44,452 nt of DNA from Candidatus Giovannonibacteria bacterium RIFCSPLOWO2_02_FULL_43_54 (GCA_001778875.1 MFIK01000037.1:1-44452), one strand, 5' to 3'; positions 34,088-42,304 are shown, counted from the first letter of the stretch. Notes: generated by a model from the letters alone, not told the origin. Translations and numbers: made by a program.

Positions 34088-35476
34088 ATGAACTATAAAC
34101 GTATTTACCTTGATCATGCCGCAACAACTCCGATAGACTCTCGCGTTAAGGACGCGATGGAGCCTTTTTGGGACGAGAAATTCGGGAATGCGGGAGGGCT
34201 TTATGAGGAAGGGCGGCTCGCAAAAGAAGCGATGCAAAATTCTCGCGAAACAATAACCAAATTTATCGGTGCGAAGCCCGACGAAATTATTTTTACTTCA
34301 GGCGGCACCGAATCTGATAATCTGGCGGTGTTTGGGGTAGCGGAAGCTGCTTTGAAAAATTTGCCGAAGGCAGAGATTTTTCAAGACTTTTCGCAGCGCG
34401 ACGGCGCGAGACTTAGCAATTCGCCAGCAGGCGAATATGCGGGTCTTAAAAAATCCTCTGCCGAGGCAAAAATAAAGCCACACATAATTACCACAAAATT
34501 CGAGCATCATGCAGTGCTGACGCCTTGCGAGCAATTGGCGCGTGAGGGTCTTGATGTCACGTTTTTAGACGTTGGTGAGGATGGCATTGTAAATCCAGAG
34601 GACGTGCGAAAAGTACTTCGGCCGGAAACCGTGTTGGTTTCAATTATGTATGCGAATAATGAAATCGGCACCATTCAGCCGATTGCGGAGATCGGGAAAA
34701 TTATTAAGGATTTCCGAATGGCGAAGGCACAAAACAAACAATATCCATACTTCCATACCGATGCCTGCCAGGCGGCGGGGTATTTGGATTTGAACGTAAA
34801 TAATTTGGGAGTGGATCTTATGACAGTGAATGGCTCAAAAATTTACGGTCCGAAGGGTATCGGATTTTTATATAAAAAAACGGGAGTAAAAATAAAGCCC
34901 CAGATAATCGGCGGCGGACAGGAAATGAGGATGCGTTCAGGAACTGAAAACATTTTGTTGATTGTCGGTATGGCAAAAGCGTTTGAAATTGCTCAAGCTG
35001 AACGCGAATCCGAAACTGACCGGCTTACGCCTTTAAGGAATTATTTTATATCAGAAATAGTTAAAAAAATTCCTAAAGTTGTTTTGAACGGACATGCCAT
35101 AAAGCGCCTACCGAACAATGTCAATGTGTCTATTTTAGACATCGAAGGGGAGGCACTGGTTCTTTATATGGATGCGAAAGGAATTTCATTTTCAACTGGT
35201 TCGGCGTGCACCTCCGAATCACTCGATCCGTCGCATGTTATTTTGGCTCTTGGTAAACCTTACGAATTTGCCCATAGTTCAATGCGCTTCACAATGGGCC
35301 GATCCACGACAAAAGAAGAGTTGGATAAAGTACTGGAAGTTTTACCGGCCACGGTCGAATGGCTCCGCAAAGTTTCCCCGGTTTCAATTGATATGAATGC
35401 CAAAAGCATGTCGCACCCCGAAGTGTTCGCGGGGGAAAATTTAATGGTTAAAGCGAAGAGTAAAAGTTATAAGTAA
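34088..35476 (+). CDS. nifS: cysteine desulfurase (NifS/IscS class)
   Basis: IIFTSGGTESDNLA, a PLP Lys region (NGSKIYGPKGIG), and the catalytic loop SGSACTS. It carries an extra ~36-aa insertion at aa 92-127. Confidence 0.92.
   Translation: MNYKRIYLDHAATTPIDSRVKDAMEPFWDEKFGNAGGLYEEGRLAKEAMQNSRETITKFIGAKPDEIIFTSGGTESDNLAVFGVAEAALKNLPKAEIFQDFSQRDGARLSNSPAGEYAGLKKSSAEAKIKPHIITTKFEHHAVLTPCEQLAREGLDVTFLDVGEDGIVNPEDVRKVLRPETVLVSIMYANNEIGTIQPIAEIGKIIKDFRMAKAQNKQYPYFHTDACQAAGYLDLNVNNLGVDLMTVNGSKIYGPKGIGFLYKKTGVKIKPQIIGGGQEMRMRSGTENILLIVGMAKAFEIAQAERESETDRLTPLRNYFISEIVKKIPKVVLNGHAIKRLPNNVNVSILDIEGEALVLYMDAKGISFSTGSACTSESLDPSHVILALGKPYEFAHSSMRFTMGRSTTKEELDKVLEVLPATVEWLRKVSPVSIDMNAKSMSHPEVFAGENLMVKAKSKSYK
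34361..34469. repeat. 27-nt-arm inverted repeat (55-nt spacer) inside nifS
   Basis: ttgccgaaggcagagatttttcaagac / gtcttaaaaaatcctctgccgaggcaa pair at about 23 positions. There is an inner perfect hairpin, attcgcc-agca-ggcgaat. Confidence 0.8.
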
Positions 35477-35477
35477 T

Positions 35478-36143
35478 ATGGATGTTATTAACCAATATAC
35501 CGGAGAAAAATGGTATTACACGGATATTGTAAAAGACCATTTTTTTCATCCGAGGAATCTGTTGATGGAGAAGCCGAAAAATGAAAACGAATTTGACGCG
35601 CGGGGGATGGTTGGATCGCCGGCATGCGGCGATATGATGGAGATGTGGATGAAAATTGGCAGCGCGGTCGGAAGCGATTCAAATAACAAAGAAGAAAGAA
35701 TAAAAGAATTAAAATGGAAAACGTTCGGATGCGCGTCGGCCATTGCCGCCACATCAATGTATTCGGTGATGCTGACTGAAAACGGCGGGATGACGCTTGC
35801 AGAGGCTTTAAAAGTCCGCCCACAAGACGTTATGAAGCGTTTGGGCGGGCTTCCCAACCGCAAAATCCACTGTTCGGTGCTTGCCGACAAAGCGTTCCAA
35901 AAAACCGCGAACGACTACTTCCGCAAAACCGGGCAAAATAGTAGAATAGTGATAGAAGGCGCGCGGGTTATCGACCCAAGACTGAATATTACCGATAAAG
36001 ATATCGAAGAGGCGGTCTTGGAAGGCGCGCAAAACTTGGAAGAAGTACAAAAAAAGCTCAAGGTCGGCATCGGCGCCTCCCAAGAGCTTATTACGGAGAT
36101 AGAACAGCTTATTCGCTTTTACGCGGATAAATATTATGGATAA
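35478..36143 (+). CDS. nifU: NifU/IscU-type Fe-S scaffold with C-terminal extension
   Basis: The three scaffold Cys contexts are present: GSPACGDMM, FGCASAIA and KIHCSVLA. Confidence 0.85.
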   Translation: MDVINQYTGEKWYYTDIVKDHFFHPRNLLMEKPKNENEFDARGMVGSPACGDMMEMWMKIGSAVGSDSNNKEERIKELKWKTFGCASAIAATSMYSVMLTENGGMTLAEALKVRPQDVMKRLGGLPNRKIHCSVLADKAFQKTANDYFRKTGQNSRIVIEGARVIDPRLNITDKDIEEAVLEGAQNLEEVQKKLKVGIGASQELITEIEQLIRFYADKYYG

Positions 36144-36360
36144 AAAAATAGCGAAAATTTATGTGGACAGGGATCTTTGCATCGGGGCCGCGAGCTGTGT
36201 TGCCATAGCGCCGGGAGTTTTCGCGTTGGATGATGAAAATAAGGCATTTGTGGTAAGTCCGACAGGCGCAGACAACGAGACGATACTTTTGGCCGCGCAA
36301 TCTTGCCCGACCAAAGCGATTATTTTATACGACGAGCAGGGAAACCAAATTTACCCTTAA
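36136..36360 (+). CDS. small ferredoxin
   Basis: DRDLCIGAASCVAIAPGVFALDDE...AAQSCPTKAI. It overlaps nifU by 8 nt. Confidence 0.8.
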   Translation: MDKKIAKIYVDRDLCIGAASCVAIAPGVFALDDENKAFVVSPTGADNETILLAAQSCPTKAIILYDEQGNQIYP

Positions 36361-36436
36361 TACCAATTACGAATCTATTACGAATTTACGAATTAGAAAA
36401 TTAGTATATTAGCAAATTATTAGTAATTAGTAATCT
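36361..36436. repeat. AT-rich short-motif repeat block (TTACGAAT x3, ATTAG x5)
   Basis: TTACGAAT occurs at 36367, 36378 and 36386. ATTAG occurs at 36392, 36400, 36408, 36419 and 36426. The block fills the whole spacer upstream of the SOD gene. Confidence 0.8.
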
Positions 36437-37036
36437 ATGAGAGAAATAAAACCACTCAAATACGCCGAGCTCGATGGTTTTTCGGAGAAACAACTAAAAG
36501 AGCATCACGATGTGCTCTATGTGGGGTATGTTAAGAAAACAGGAGAGATAGAGGAGAAATTAAAAAGCGTTGACTTATCAGCTGCAAATGCTTCTTATTC
36601 TGATTTGCGCGAATTAAAAATGGAGGAAACTTTCGCGCTAAACGGCGTGAAATTGCATGAAGGATATTTTGACAATATGTCGAAAGGCGGCAATCAACCT
36701 TCGGGCGCGATTATGGAAATGCTCGCGCGCGATTTCGGTTCATACGAAAAGTGGGAGGCAGAATTTAAGGCGATGGGATTATGCGCAAGGGGCTGGGTTG
36801 TTTTAGGGTATGACTTGGACGAGAAAAAGTTAAAAAATATTCTTTGCGATTCGCATAATCAAGGCGCGCCGTGGAACATGATAGCTGTGCTCATTATGGA
36901 TGTATATGAGCACGCTTACTTTATTGATTACGCCACCGCTCGCAAAGCATATATTGAGGCCTTCTTTAAAAATATCAACTGGCAATTCATCGACCACCGC
37001 ATCTCCGAATACGGTTTTCTTTTTTTGAAAAAATGA
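36437..37036 (+). CDS. sodA: Fe/Mn-family superoxide dismutase
   Basis: KEHHDVLYVGYV (metal His pair) and DVYEHAYFIDY (Asp/His ligands). Confidence 0.8.
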   Translation: MREIKPLKYAELDGFSEKQLKEHHDVLYVGYVKKTGEIEEKLKSVDLSAANASYSDLRELKMEETFALNGVKLHEGYFDNMSKGGNQPSGAIMEMLARDFGSYEKWEAEFKAMGLCARGWVVLGYDLDEKKLKNILCDSHNQGAPWNMIAVLIMDVYEHAYFIDYATARKAYIEAFFKNINWQFIDHRISEYGFLFLKK

Positions 37037-37263
37037 GTCAAGAGATAGAAAAAATTAAAGAAGTTTTAGAAAAAGAAATAAAACCGATGCTGGCGATGCA
37101 TTTGGGGTCTTTAGATTTTGTAGGATTTGAGAACGGCGTAGTTTCAATCCGCTTTCAGGGGACTTGCGTGGGGTGCCCGCTTTCGAACCTTACGCTAAAA
37201 GCCGGTATAGAAAGCATTTTGAAGGAAAAAGTCGAGGGAGTGATATCGGTTGAGGCGGTTTAG
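37033..37263 (+). CDS. NifU C-terminal (Nfu) domain protein
   Basis: 76 aa containing GTCVGCPLSNLTLK (the CxxC of Nfu). It overlaps the SOD gene by 4 nt. Confidence 0.8.
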   Translation: MSQEIEKIKEVLEKEIKPMLAMHLGSLDFVGFENGVVSIRFQGTCVGCPLSNLTLKAGIESILKEKVEGVISVEAV

Positions 37264-37299
37264 CTGAAACTTTTTTAAAGGAATTTCGTATATATTTTT

Positions 37300-38586
37300 A
37301 TGAAGGATATAGAGGACATGTCAAAATATCAGCTGGTTTTATTGCTTATTTTAGTAAGCGTTGTTACGGCTTTGGTAACAGGCATTGTTGTAGCAACACT
37401 GGTCAGCCAGGCTCCACAGCCTGTCACGCAGACGATTCAGCGGGTCATCGAGAAAACCATAGGCGAAAACAAACCATTACCGCAAGATGACGCAAAAATG
37501 CTGGAGGAAAGCGCCCTAGCGCGCGATATTCTGATCGAGGATATTGTTGCGCGGGTATCTCCAGCTGTTGTCAGCGTCGTGGCCTCAAAAGATGTCCCGG
37601 TAATAGAACAATGCTACGGAAGTCTGCTTCCGGAAGATGATTTTTTCCGACAATTTTTCCAGGATTTTCAAATTCCGCAACTTTGTCAAAAAGGCGTAGA
37701 GCGGCGCCAGGTCTCTGCGGGAAGCGGATTTTTCGTTTCATCGGACGGCATGATTTTGACCAACAAGCATGTTGTTGAAGATACAGTCGCCGAGTACACG
37801 GTAATAATGAACAATAGTAAAAAGGTCCCCGCAAAAGTATTGGCGAGAGATCCGCTAAAAGATATAGCGGTACTCAAAATTGACGGCGAAGGTCATTCAT
37901 TCATATCGCTTGGCGATTCAGACGGCGTTAAGATCGGCCAGACTGCGATTGCGATAGGAAATGCTCTTGGTGAATTTCAAAACACCGTTTCAGCCGGCGT
38001 AATTTCAGGTTTAAAACGCACGCTTATAGCTTCCGGCGGGACTTCCGGGCCGGAAGAGCTTGCCGGAGTAATGCAGACGGATGCCGCAATCAATCCGGGA
38101 AATTCCGGAGGCCCGCTGCTTAATTTGAAAGGCGAAGCCATAGGATTAAATACCGCCATAGCGTATGGTGCACAAAACATAGGATTTGCGATTCCGATAA
38201 ACCAGATCAAGCGATCCATTTCCAGTGTAAAAACATCCGGCAAAATATCTTATCCATACCTCGGCGTAAGATACATGATAATTACAGCGGAATTTAAAGA
38301 AAAAAATAAATTGGCCGCAGATTACGGGGCTTTTGTGGTGAAAGGCTCTGGCGGAGAACCCGCGGTTATGCCTGATTCGCCGGCGATGAAAGCCCGTCTG
38401 CCGGATGGACAGACGGGCTTTAAAGAAGGGGATATAATTTTGGAATTTGGCGGAGTAAAGATTACAGCTGACAATTCTCTTGGAAAACTCATCGAAAACC
38501 GCTGGATCGGAGACAAAGTAACTTTAAAAATACTGCGCGACGGCAAAGAGCTGAATGTTGAAGTAATGCTGGAAGAAAGGAAATGA
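37300..38586 (+). CDS. htrA: HtrA/DegP-family serine protease with PDZ domain
   Basis: N-terminal TM, catalytic triad contexts (TNKHVV, DIAVLKI, GNSGGPLLN), and a C-terminal PDZ domain. Confidence 0.9.
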   Translation: MKDIEDMSKYQLVLLLILVSVVTALVTGIVVATLVSQAPQPVTQTIQRVIEKTIGENKPLPQDDAKMLEESALARDILIEDIVARVSPAVVSVVASKDVPVIEQCYGSLLPEDDFFRQFFQDFQIPQLCQKGVERRQVSAGSGFFVSSDGMILTNKHVVEDTVAEYTVIMNNSKKVPAKVLARDPLKDIAVLKIDGEGHSFISLGDSDGVKIGQTAIAIGNALGEFQNTVSAGVISGLKRTLIASGGTSGPEELAGVMQTDAAINPGNSGGPLLNLKGEAIGLNTAIAYGAQNIGFAIPINQIKRSISSVKTSGKISYPYLGVRYMIITAEFKEKNKLAADYGAFVVKGSGGEPAVMPDSPAMKARLPDGQTGFKEGDIILEFGGVKITADNSLGKLIENRWIGDKVTLKILRDGKELNVEVMLEERK

Positions 38587-38597
38587 AGCAATAAAAA

Positions 38598-38741
38598 TCA
38601 GAGCCCAAAATAAATATATATTGCCGCGGCCGCTCCAGTTAAAACGGCCGTGGCGAGAGCTTTGATAAAGTTTCTTGTTTCAACAAAAACAATAATGAAT
38701 ATGATAGCCACCGGCCAAAGTATTCGCGCGATGTCAATCAT
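38598..38741 (-). CDS. possible 47-aa two-helix membrane peptide
   Basis: MIDIARILWPVAIIFIIVFVETRNFIKALATAVLTGAAAAIYIYFGL. Its start lies within the last codons of the upstream small ORF, an 8-nt overlap (38734-38741). Confidence 0.35.
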   Translation of the reverse strand: MIDIARILWPVAIIFIIVFVETRNFIKALATAVLTGAAAAIYIYFGL

Positions 38742-38877
38742 AGATTACCGTCCCAGTCAGAGCTAAAATAATTACAACCAAAATCACAATCGCATATCCG
38801 GCAGCCGCGGTTTTCGGATGTTCCGGCAGAAAAATATTTTCACCTTGTGCAATCAGCCAAGCCATGTGTCTGTCCAT
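38734..38877 (-). CDS. possible 47-aa membrane peptide
   Basis: MDRHMAWLIAQGENIFLPEHPKTAAAGYAIVILVVIILALTGTVIYD. There is a Shine-Dalgarno-like AAGGGA 4-5 nt upstream of the ATG. Confidence 0.4.
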   Translation of the reverse strand: MDRHMAWLIAQGENIFLPEHPKTAAAGYAIVILVVIILALTGTVIYD

Positions 38878-39059
38878 ATTGTCCCTTGTTTAAACTTAAT
38901 TTCATCTGAAAATTATGCTAGCATGGTTAGATAATAAAGTCCACGATATAGCTAAAAATAAACTGTTACCACCGCGCAATGAATACCCGGCTATTTTGGA
39001 GAAAATTTAGGTGTTGTATAATGAATTTATTAAAAAGCAATAGAGGAATTAAAAATTTA

Positions 39060-39134
39060 ATGCCCCACTTACACGAAGAAAAAATTAAATTCTTAGAAAA
39101 AAAGGCGAACGATATTCGTGAGTCGATTATCTAG
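39060..39134 (+). pseudogene. 24-codon fragment of a transketolase N-terminal subunit gene (second, divergent copy)
   Basis: MPHLHEEKIKFLEKKANDIRESII* versus MPHLHDDKIKFLEQKANDIRQSIIE at 39713. 59 of 75 nt are identical, and 12 of the 16 differences are at third codon positions. Confidence 0.75.
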
Positions 39135-39173
39135 GTACTGGTATTGTTTCGGAAATTGTGTTAGGATAAGCAT

Positions 39174-39389
39174 ATGATTAATGAGTTTATAGAGAAAAAG
39201 CTTAAAGAGGCCAAATATAAAATTCTTAAGAATGGCTCCTATTTTGCCGAAATACCGAGTATAAAAGGCGTTTGGGCGGATTCGCATAATTTAGAAGATT
39301 GCAGAAAAGAACTCAAAGAAGTTTTAGAAGATTGGTTACTGCTAAATGTAAGGGATAGAAACCGAATTCCAGGTTTTAGCCTAACATAA
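39174..39389 (+). CDS. hicB: HicB-family antitoxin-like protein
   Basis: YFAEIPSIKGVWADSHNLEDCRKELKEVLEDWLLL matches the HicB N-terminal domain pattern. 71 aa. Confidence 0.65.
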   Translation: MINEFIEKKLKEAKYKILKNGSYFAEIPSIKGVWADSHNLEDCRKELKEVLEDWLLLNVRDRNRIPGFSLT

Positions 39390-39468
39390 ATATATTTCTA
39401 AACACTTACTTTCCGAAATTTTGCGACAAGCCGGGATTTCAGCTAAGGAGTGGAACAGACCTGATTGA
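39385..39468 (+). pseudogene. C-terminal remnant of a HicA-like toxin gene (no start codon)
   Basis: The open frame HKYISKHLLSEILRQAGISAKEWNRPD* resembles the conserved HicA C-terminus (...L..ILKQAGI...). The N-terminal ~40 codons are missing. Confidence 0.45.
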
Positions 39469-39536
39469 TACAAAATTGCCATTATTTGATATAATATATT
39501 TATTATTAAAAAAGCGATAGAGGAGTGAAAAAATTT

Positions 39537-39713
39537 ATGACCATAAAAAGTTATTTTCAGTTGGGTACAGTGTTTCTTGTTATAACTTTTTTGGCTTTAA
39601 TGGTTGGAGTTGATTTAAGACGCGCTTACGAGTTTTATATATTTATTGGCACACCCTTAGCGTTAAGTATGATATTCTTTATAATTGGGAGTTTAAGATA
39701 TTTTAAAAAATAA
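39537..39713 (+). CDS. 58-aa two-TM small membrane protein, translationally coupled to tkt
   Basis: AGAGGAG lies 11 nt upstream of the ATG at 39537. The stop overlaps the tkt start (TAATG). Confidence 0.45.
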   Translation: MTIKSYFQLGTVFLVITFLALMVGVDLRRAYEFYIFIGTPLALSMIFFIIGSLRYFKK

Positions 39714-40573
39714 TGCCCCATTTACACGACGACAAAATAAAGTTTCTTGAGCAAAAGGCCAACGATATCCGGCAGTCGATTATTGAGATGCTTGTTGAGG
39801 CGGGGAGCGGACATACCGCTGGGCCGTTGGGGATGACGGATATTTTTACCGCATTTTATTTTCATATTTTAAATCACGATCCAAAAAATCCGGCGATGGA
39901 AGATCGCGACCACCTGATTTTATCTAACGGCCACATCTGTCCTGTGCAATATGCCGCTATGGCGCATGCTGGATATTTTCCAATTGAAGAATTAAAAACT
40001 CTGCGAAAATTTGGTACCAGATTGCAGGGACACCCGCACCGCGGTTCTTTGCCCGGAGTTGAGACAACTTCCGGTCCTTTGGGTTCCGGGCTTTCGCAGG
40101 CTGCCGGGTACGCTTATGGCGCGCGGATGGATAATAAAAAATTTCGGGTTTATTGTCTGATGTCGGACGGCGAGCAGGATGCTGGCAATACGTGGGAAGC
40201 AGCGATGTTTGCTGGCAAAAATAAATTAAATAATCTTACGGCTCTTATAGATCGCAACAATATCCAAATAGATGGAATGACTGAAGATATTATGCCTTTA
40301 GAAAATTTGCGCGCGAAATACGAAGCGTTTAACTGGCATGTTTTGGAAATTAACGGGCATAACTTTGAAGAAATCGTGAACGCGACTGAAGAAGCAAAAG
40401 CCATATACGAAAAACCGACTTTAATAGTCGCGCATACTATTCCCGGAAAAGGGATAAAAGAGATAGAATTTGATTACAAATGGCATGGCATTCCGCCGAA
40501 TAAAGACCAAGCCGCGAAGTTTTTGTCGGAACTTCGCACGCTGTCAGGCAAGATTACCAGCGGACATCAATAG
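39713..40573 (+). CDS. tkt: transketolase, N-terminal (TPP-binding) subunit
   Basis: GSGHTAGPLGMTD, SNGHICPVQYA, and MSDGEQDAGNTWEA (ThDP motif). The gene is split. Confidence 0.92.
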   Translation: MPHLHDDKIKFLEQKANDIRQSIIEMLVEAGSGHTAGPLGMTDIFTAFYFHILNHDPKNPAMEDRDHLILSNGHICPVQYAAMAHAGYFPIEELKTLRKFGTRLQGHPHRGSLPGVETTSGPLGSGLSQAAGYAYGARMDNKKFRVYCLMSDGEQDAGNTWEAAMFAGKNKLNNLTALIDRNNIQIDGMTEDIMPLENLRAKYEAFNWHVLEINGHNFEEIVNATEEAKAIYEKPTLIVAHTIPGKGIKEIEFDYKWHGIPPNKDQAAKFLSELRTLSGKITSGHQ

Positions 40574-40578
40574 TTTTT

Positions 40579-40785
40579 ATGTTTAATTTATCAGTAAGAA
40601 TGGACATAAGGGCGAAGGATTTCGAATCAAAAGCCTATTTTATTATCTTCGGGCTTGTCGCCGCCCTTCTTGCGTTGCAGATCTATAATGTCGCATTTGG
40701 CGCGCTTGTAAGCGACCCGGTGGCCGCGGCGCAAAATCTCGGAGTATTTAGGCCTCATATTGAAAACAGCGATCTCGGCCGATAA
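40579..40785 (+). CDS. 68-aa small membrane protein between the two tkt subunit genes
   Basis: One TM (YFIIFGLVAALLALQIYNVAF). The gaps to the flanking genes are 5 and 9 nt. Confidence 0.4.
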   Translation: MFNLSVRMDIRAKDFESKAYFIIFGLVAALLALQIYNVAFGALVSDPVAAAQNLGVFRPHIENSDLGR

Positions 40786-40794
40786 TAATTTTTT

Positions 40795-41835
40795 ATGCCA
40801 ATAAATCCAAACGCCAAATTAGTTTCGAATCTTTTAGACCTCAAAACGATTGAGCAGGCGCCGACGCGGAAGGGCTATGGCGAGGGTCTTTTGGAAGCGG
40901 GGGAGAAAAATGAGAAGGTTGTCGCGCTTTGCGCGGATTTGACAGAGTCCACCCAAATGCATCTTTTCGCCAAAAAATTTCCGGAAAGATTTATCGAGAT
41001 AGGCGTGGCCGAGCAAAATATGGCAACGGTTGCTTCGGGCCTCGCGAACTACGGCAAAATTCCGTTTATATCCAGCTATGCCATGTTTTCCCCGGGAAGA
41101 AATTGGGAACAGATCCGAACAACAATTTGCTACAACAACGTCCCAGTAAAAATCGCGGGATCGCACGTGGGCGTTTCCGTCGGACCCGATGGAGCTACGC
41201 ACCAAGCGATTGAGGATATCGCTATCACGCGCCCAATCCCAAATATAACGGTGATTAATCCGTGCGATATGCATGAGGCGAAGAAGGCGACTCTTGCCGC
41301 TGTCAGCATTGATGGTCCGATTTACTTAAGATTTCATCGCGAAAAAACTCCGGTTTTCACAACACCGGATACGCCATTTCAGATTGGTAGGGCGGAGGTG
41401 GTTTGGGATCCAGAAAAAGGTAGCCCCTCGTCTGATGACTCGGGACGATTATCGCTCCTGGATGTCGCGATAATCGCTTGCGGTCCGTTAGTTCACAACG
41501 CGATTTTAGCGGCAGCTGAATTGGAAAAAGCGGGGATTAAGGTTAGAGTAATAAATAACCACACAATAAAACCAATGGACGAAAAGACGATAATACAGGC
41601 CGCGAAAGACGCAGACGCGATTGTGACAGTTGAAGAGCACCAAGTCCAAGGCGGAATGGGCTCGGCTGTGGCAGAGGTTTTGGCAAGAAATTATCCGGTG
41701 CCAATCGAATTTATCGGAGTTCAAAACCGCTTCGGTGAATCAGGAGCTCCAAACGAACTCATTGAGCATTTTGGGATGGGTGTTTCGCATATTATAGGGG
41801 CCGTAAAAAAAGTTTTAGCAAGAAAACATGTCTGA
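40795..41835 (+). CDS. tkt: transketolase, C-terminal (pyrimidine-binding) subunit
   Basis: RKGYGEGL, FIEIGVAEQNM, and GPDGATHQAIEDIA. It has an extra GSPSSDDSGRLSLL loop. Confidence 0.92.
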   Translation: MPINPNAKLVSNLLDLKTIEQAPTRKGYGEGLLEAGEKNEKVVALCADLTESTQMHLFAKKFPERFIEIGVAEQNMATVASGLANYGKIPFISSYAMFSPGRNWEQIRTTICYNNVPVKIAGSHVGVSVGPDGATHQAIEDIAITRPIPNITVINPCDMHEAKKATLAAVSIDGPIYLRFHREKTPVFTTPDTPFQIGRAEVVWDPEKGSPSSDDSGRLSLLDVAIIACGPLVHNAILAAAELEKAGIKVRVINNHTIKPMDEKTIIQAAKDADAIVTVEEHQVQGGMGSAVAEVLARNYPVPIEFIGVQNRFGESGAPNELIEHFGMGVSHIIGAVKKVLARKHV

Positions 41836-42304
41836 TCTAAAAATCACAGATATAATGACAAAAGAAGTTGTTTCTGTTGATCCGGAGGCGCCTCTTTTTG
41901 AAGCGGCAAAAATTTTAGCAGATCATAATTTTAACGGCGTGTCCGTTGTTGATAAAGAAAATAAATTGATCGGAATTCTTACCCAATACGATTTAATTTC
42001 ACAAGGTTCTTTTATTCATCTCCCGACACTCCAAAAGATCTTAAAAGACATGAATGTCTTGGGTCAAGACAAATCGCATTTTAAAAAAGAATTCAAAGAC
42101 ATTATCGCACTCAAGGTTAAAGACGCGATGAACACGGAGCCGCTTACTTTGCGAGATGACGCAAGTTATGACGAAGTCGTAAAGATTTTCCGGGAACACC
42201 ACAGGGTTAATCCTATTCCGGTTGTAAACAAGGAAGGCAAGATTGTCGGTGTTGTGAGCAGGTATGATGTTTTGAAACCTTTAGGCGAGTTTTTTGGTAC
42301 TTGA
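41828..42304 (+). CDS. CBS-domain pair protein
   Basis: Two CBS repeats (IMTKEVVSVDPEAPL...GVSVVDKENKLIGILTQYDL and AMNTEPLTLRDD...IPVVNKEGKIVGVVSRYDV). Confidence 0.85.
   Translation: MSDLKITDIMTKEVVSVDPEAPLFEAAKILADHNFNGVSVVDKENKLIGILTQYDLISQGSFIHLPTLQKILKDMNVLGQDKSHFKKEFKDIIALKVKDAMNTEPLTLRDDASYDEVVKIFREHHRVNPIPVVNKEGKIVGVVSRYDVLKPLGEFFGT

Noticed and set aside
41446-41476. 10-bp perfect hairpin (cgattatcgc ... gcgataatcg) near the extra GSPSSDDSGRLSLL loop of tkt-C as another in-frame element
   Set aside because: The stem lies partly in the conserved DVAIIACG strand and the extra loop is short. The evidence is weaker than for dnaG, def and nifS, so I did not count it as an insertion.
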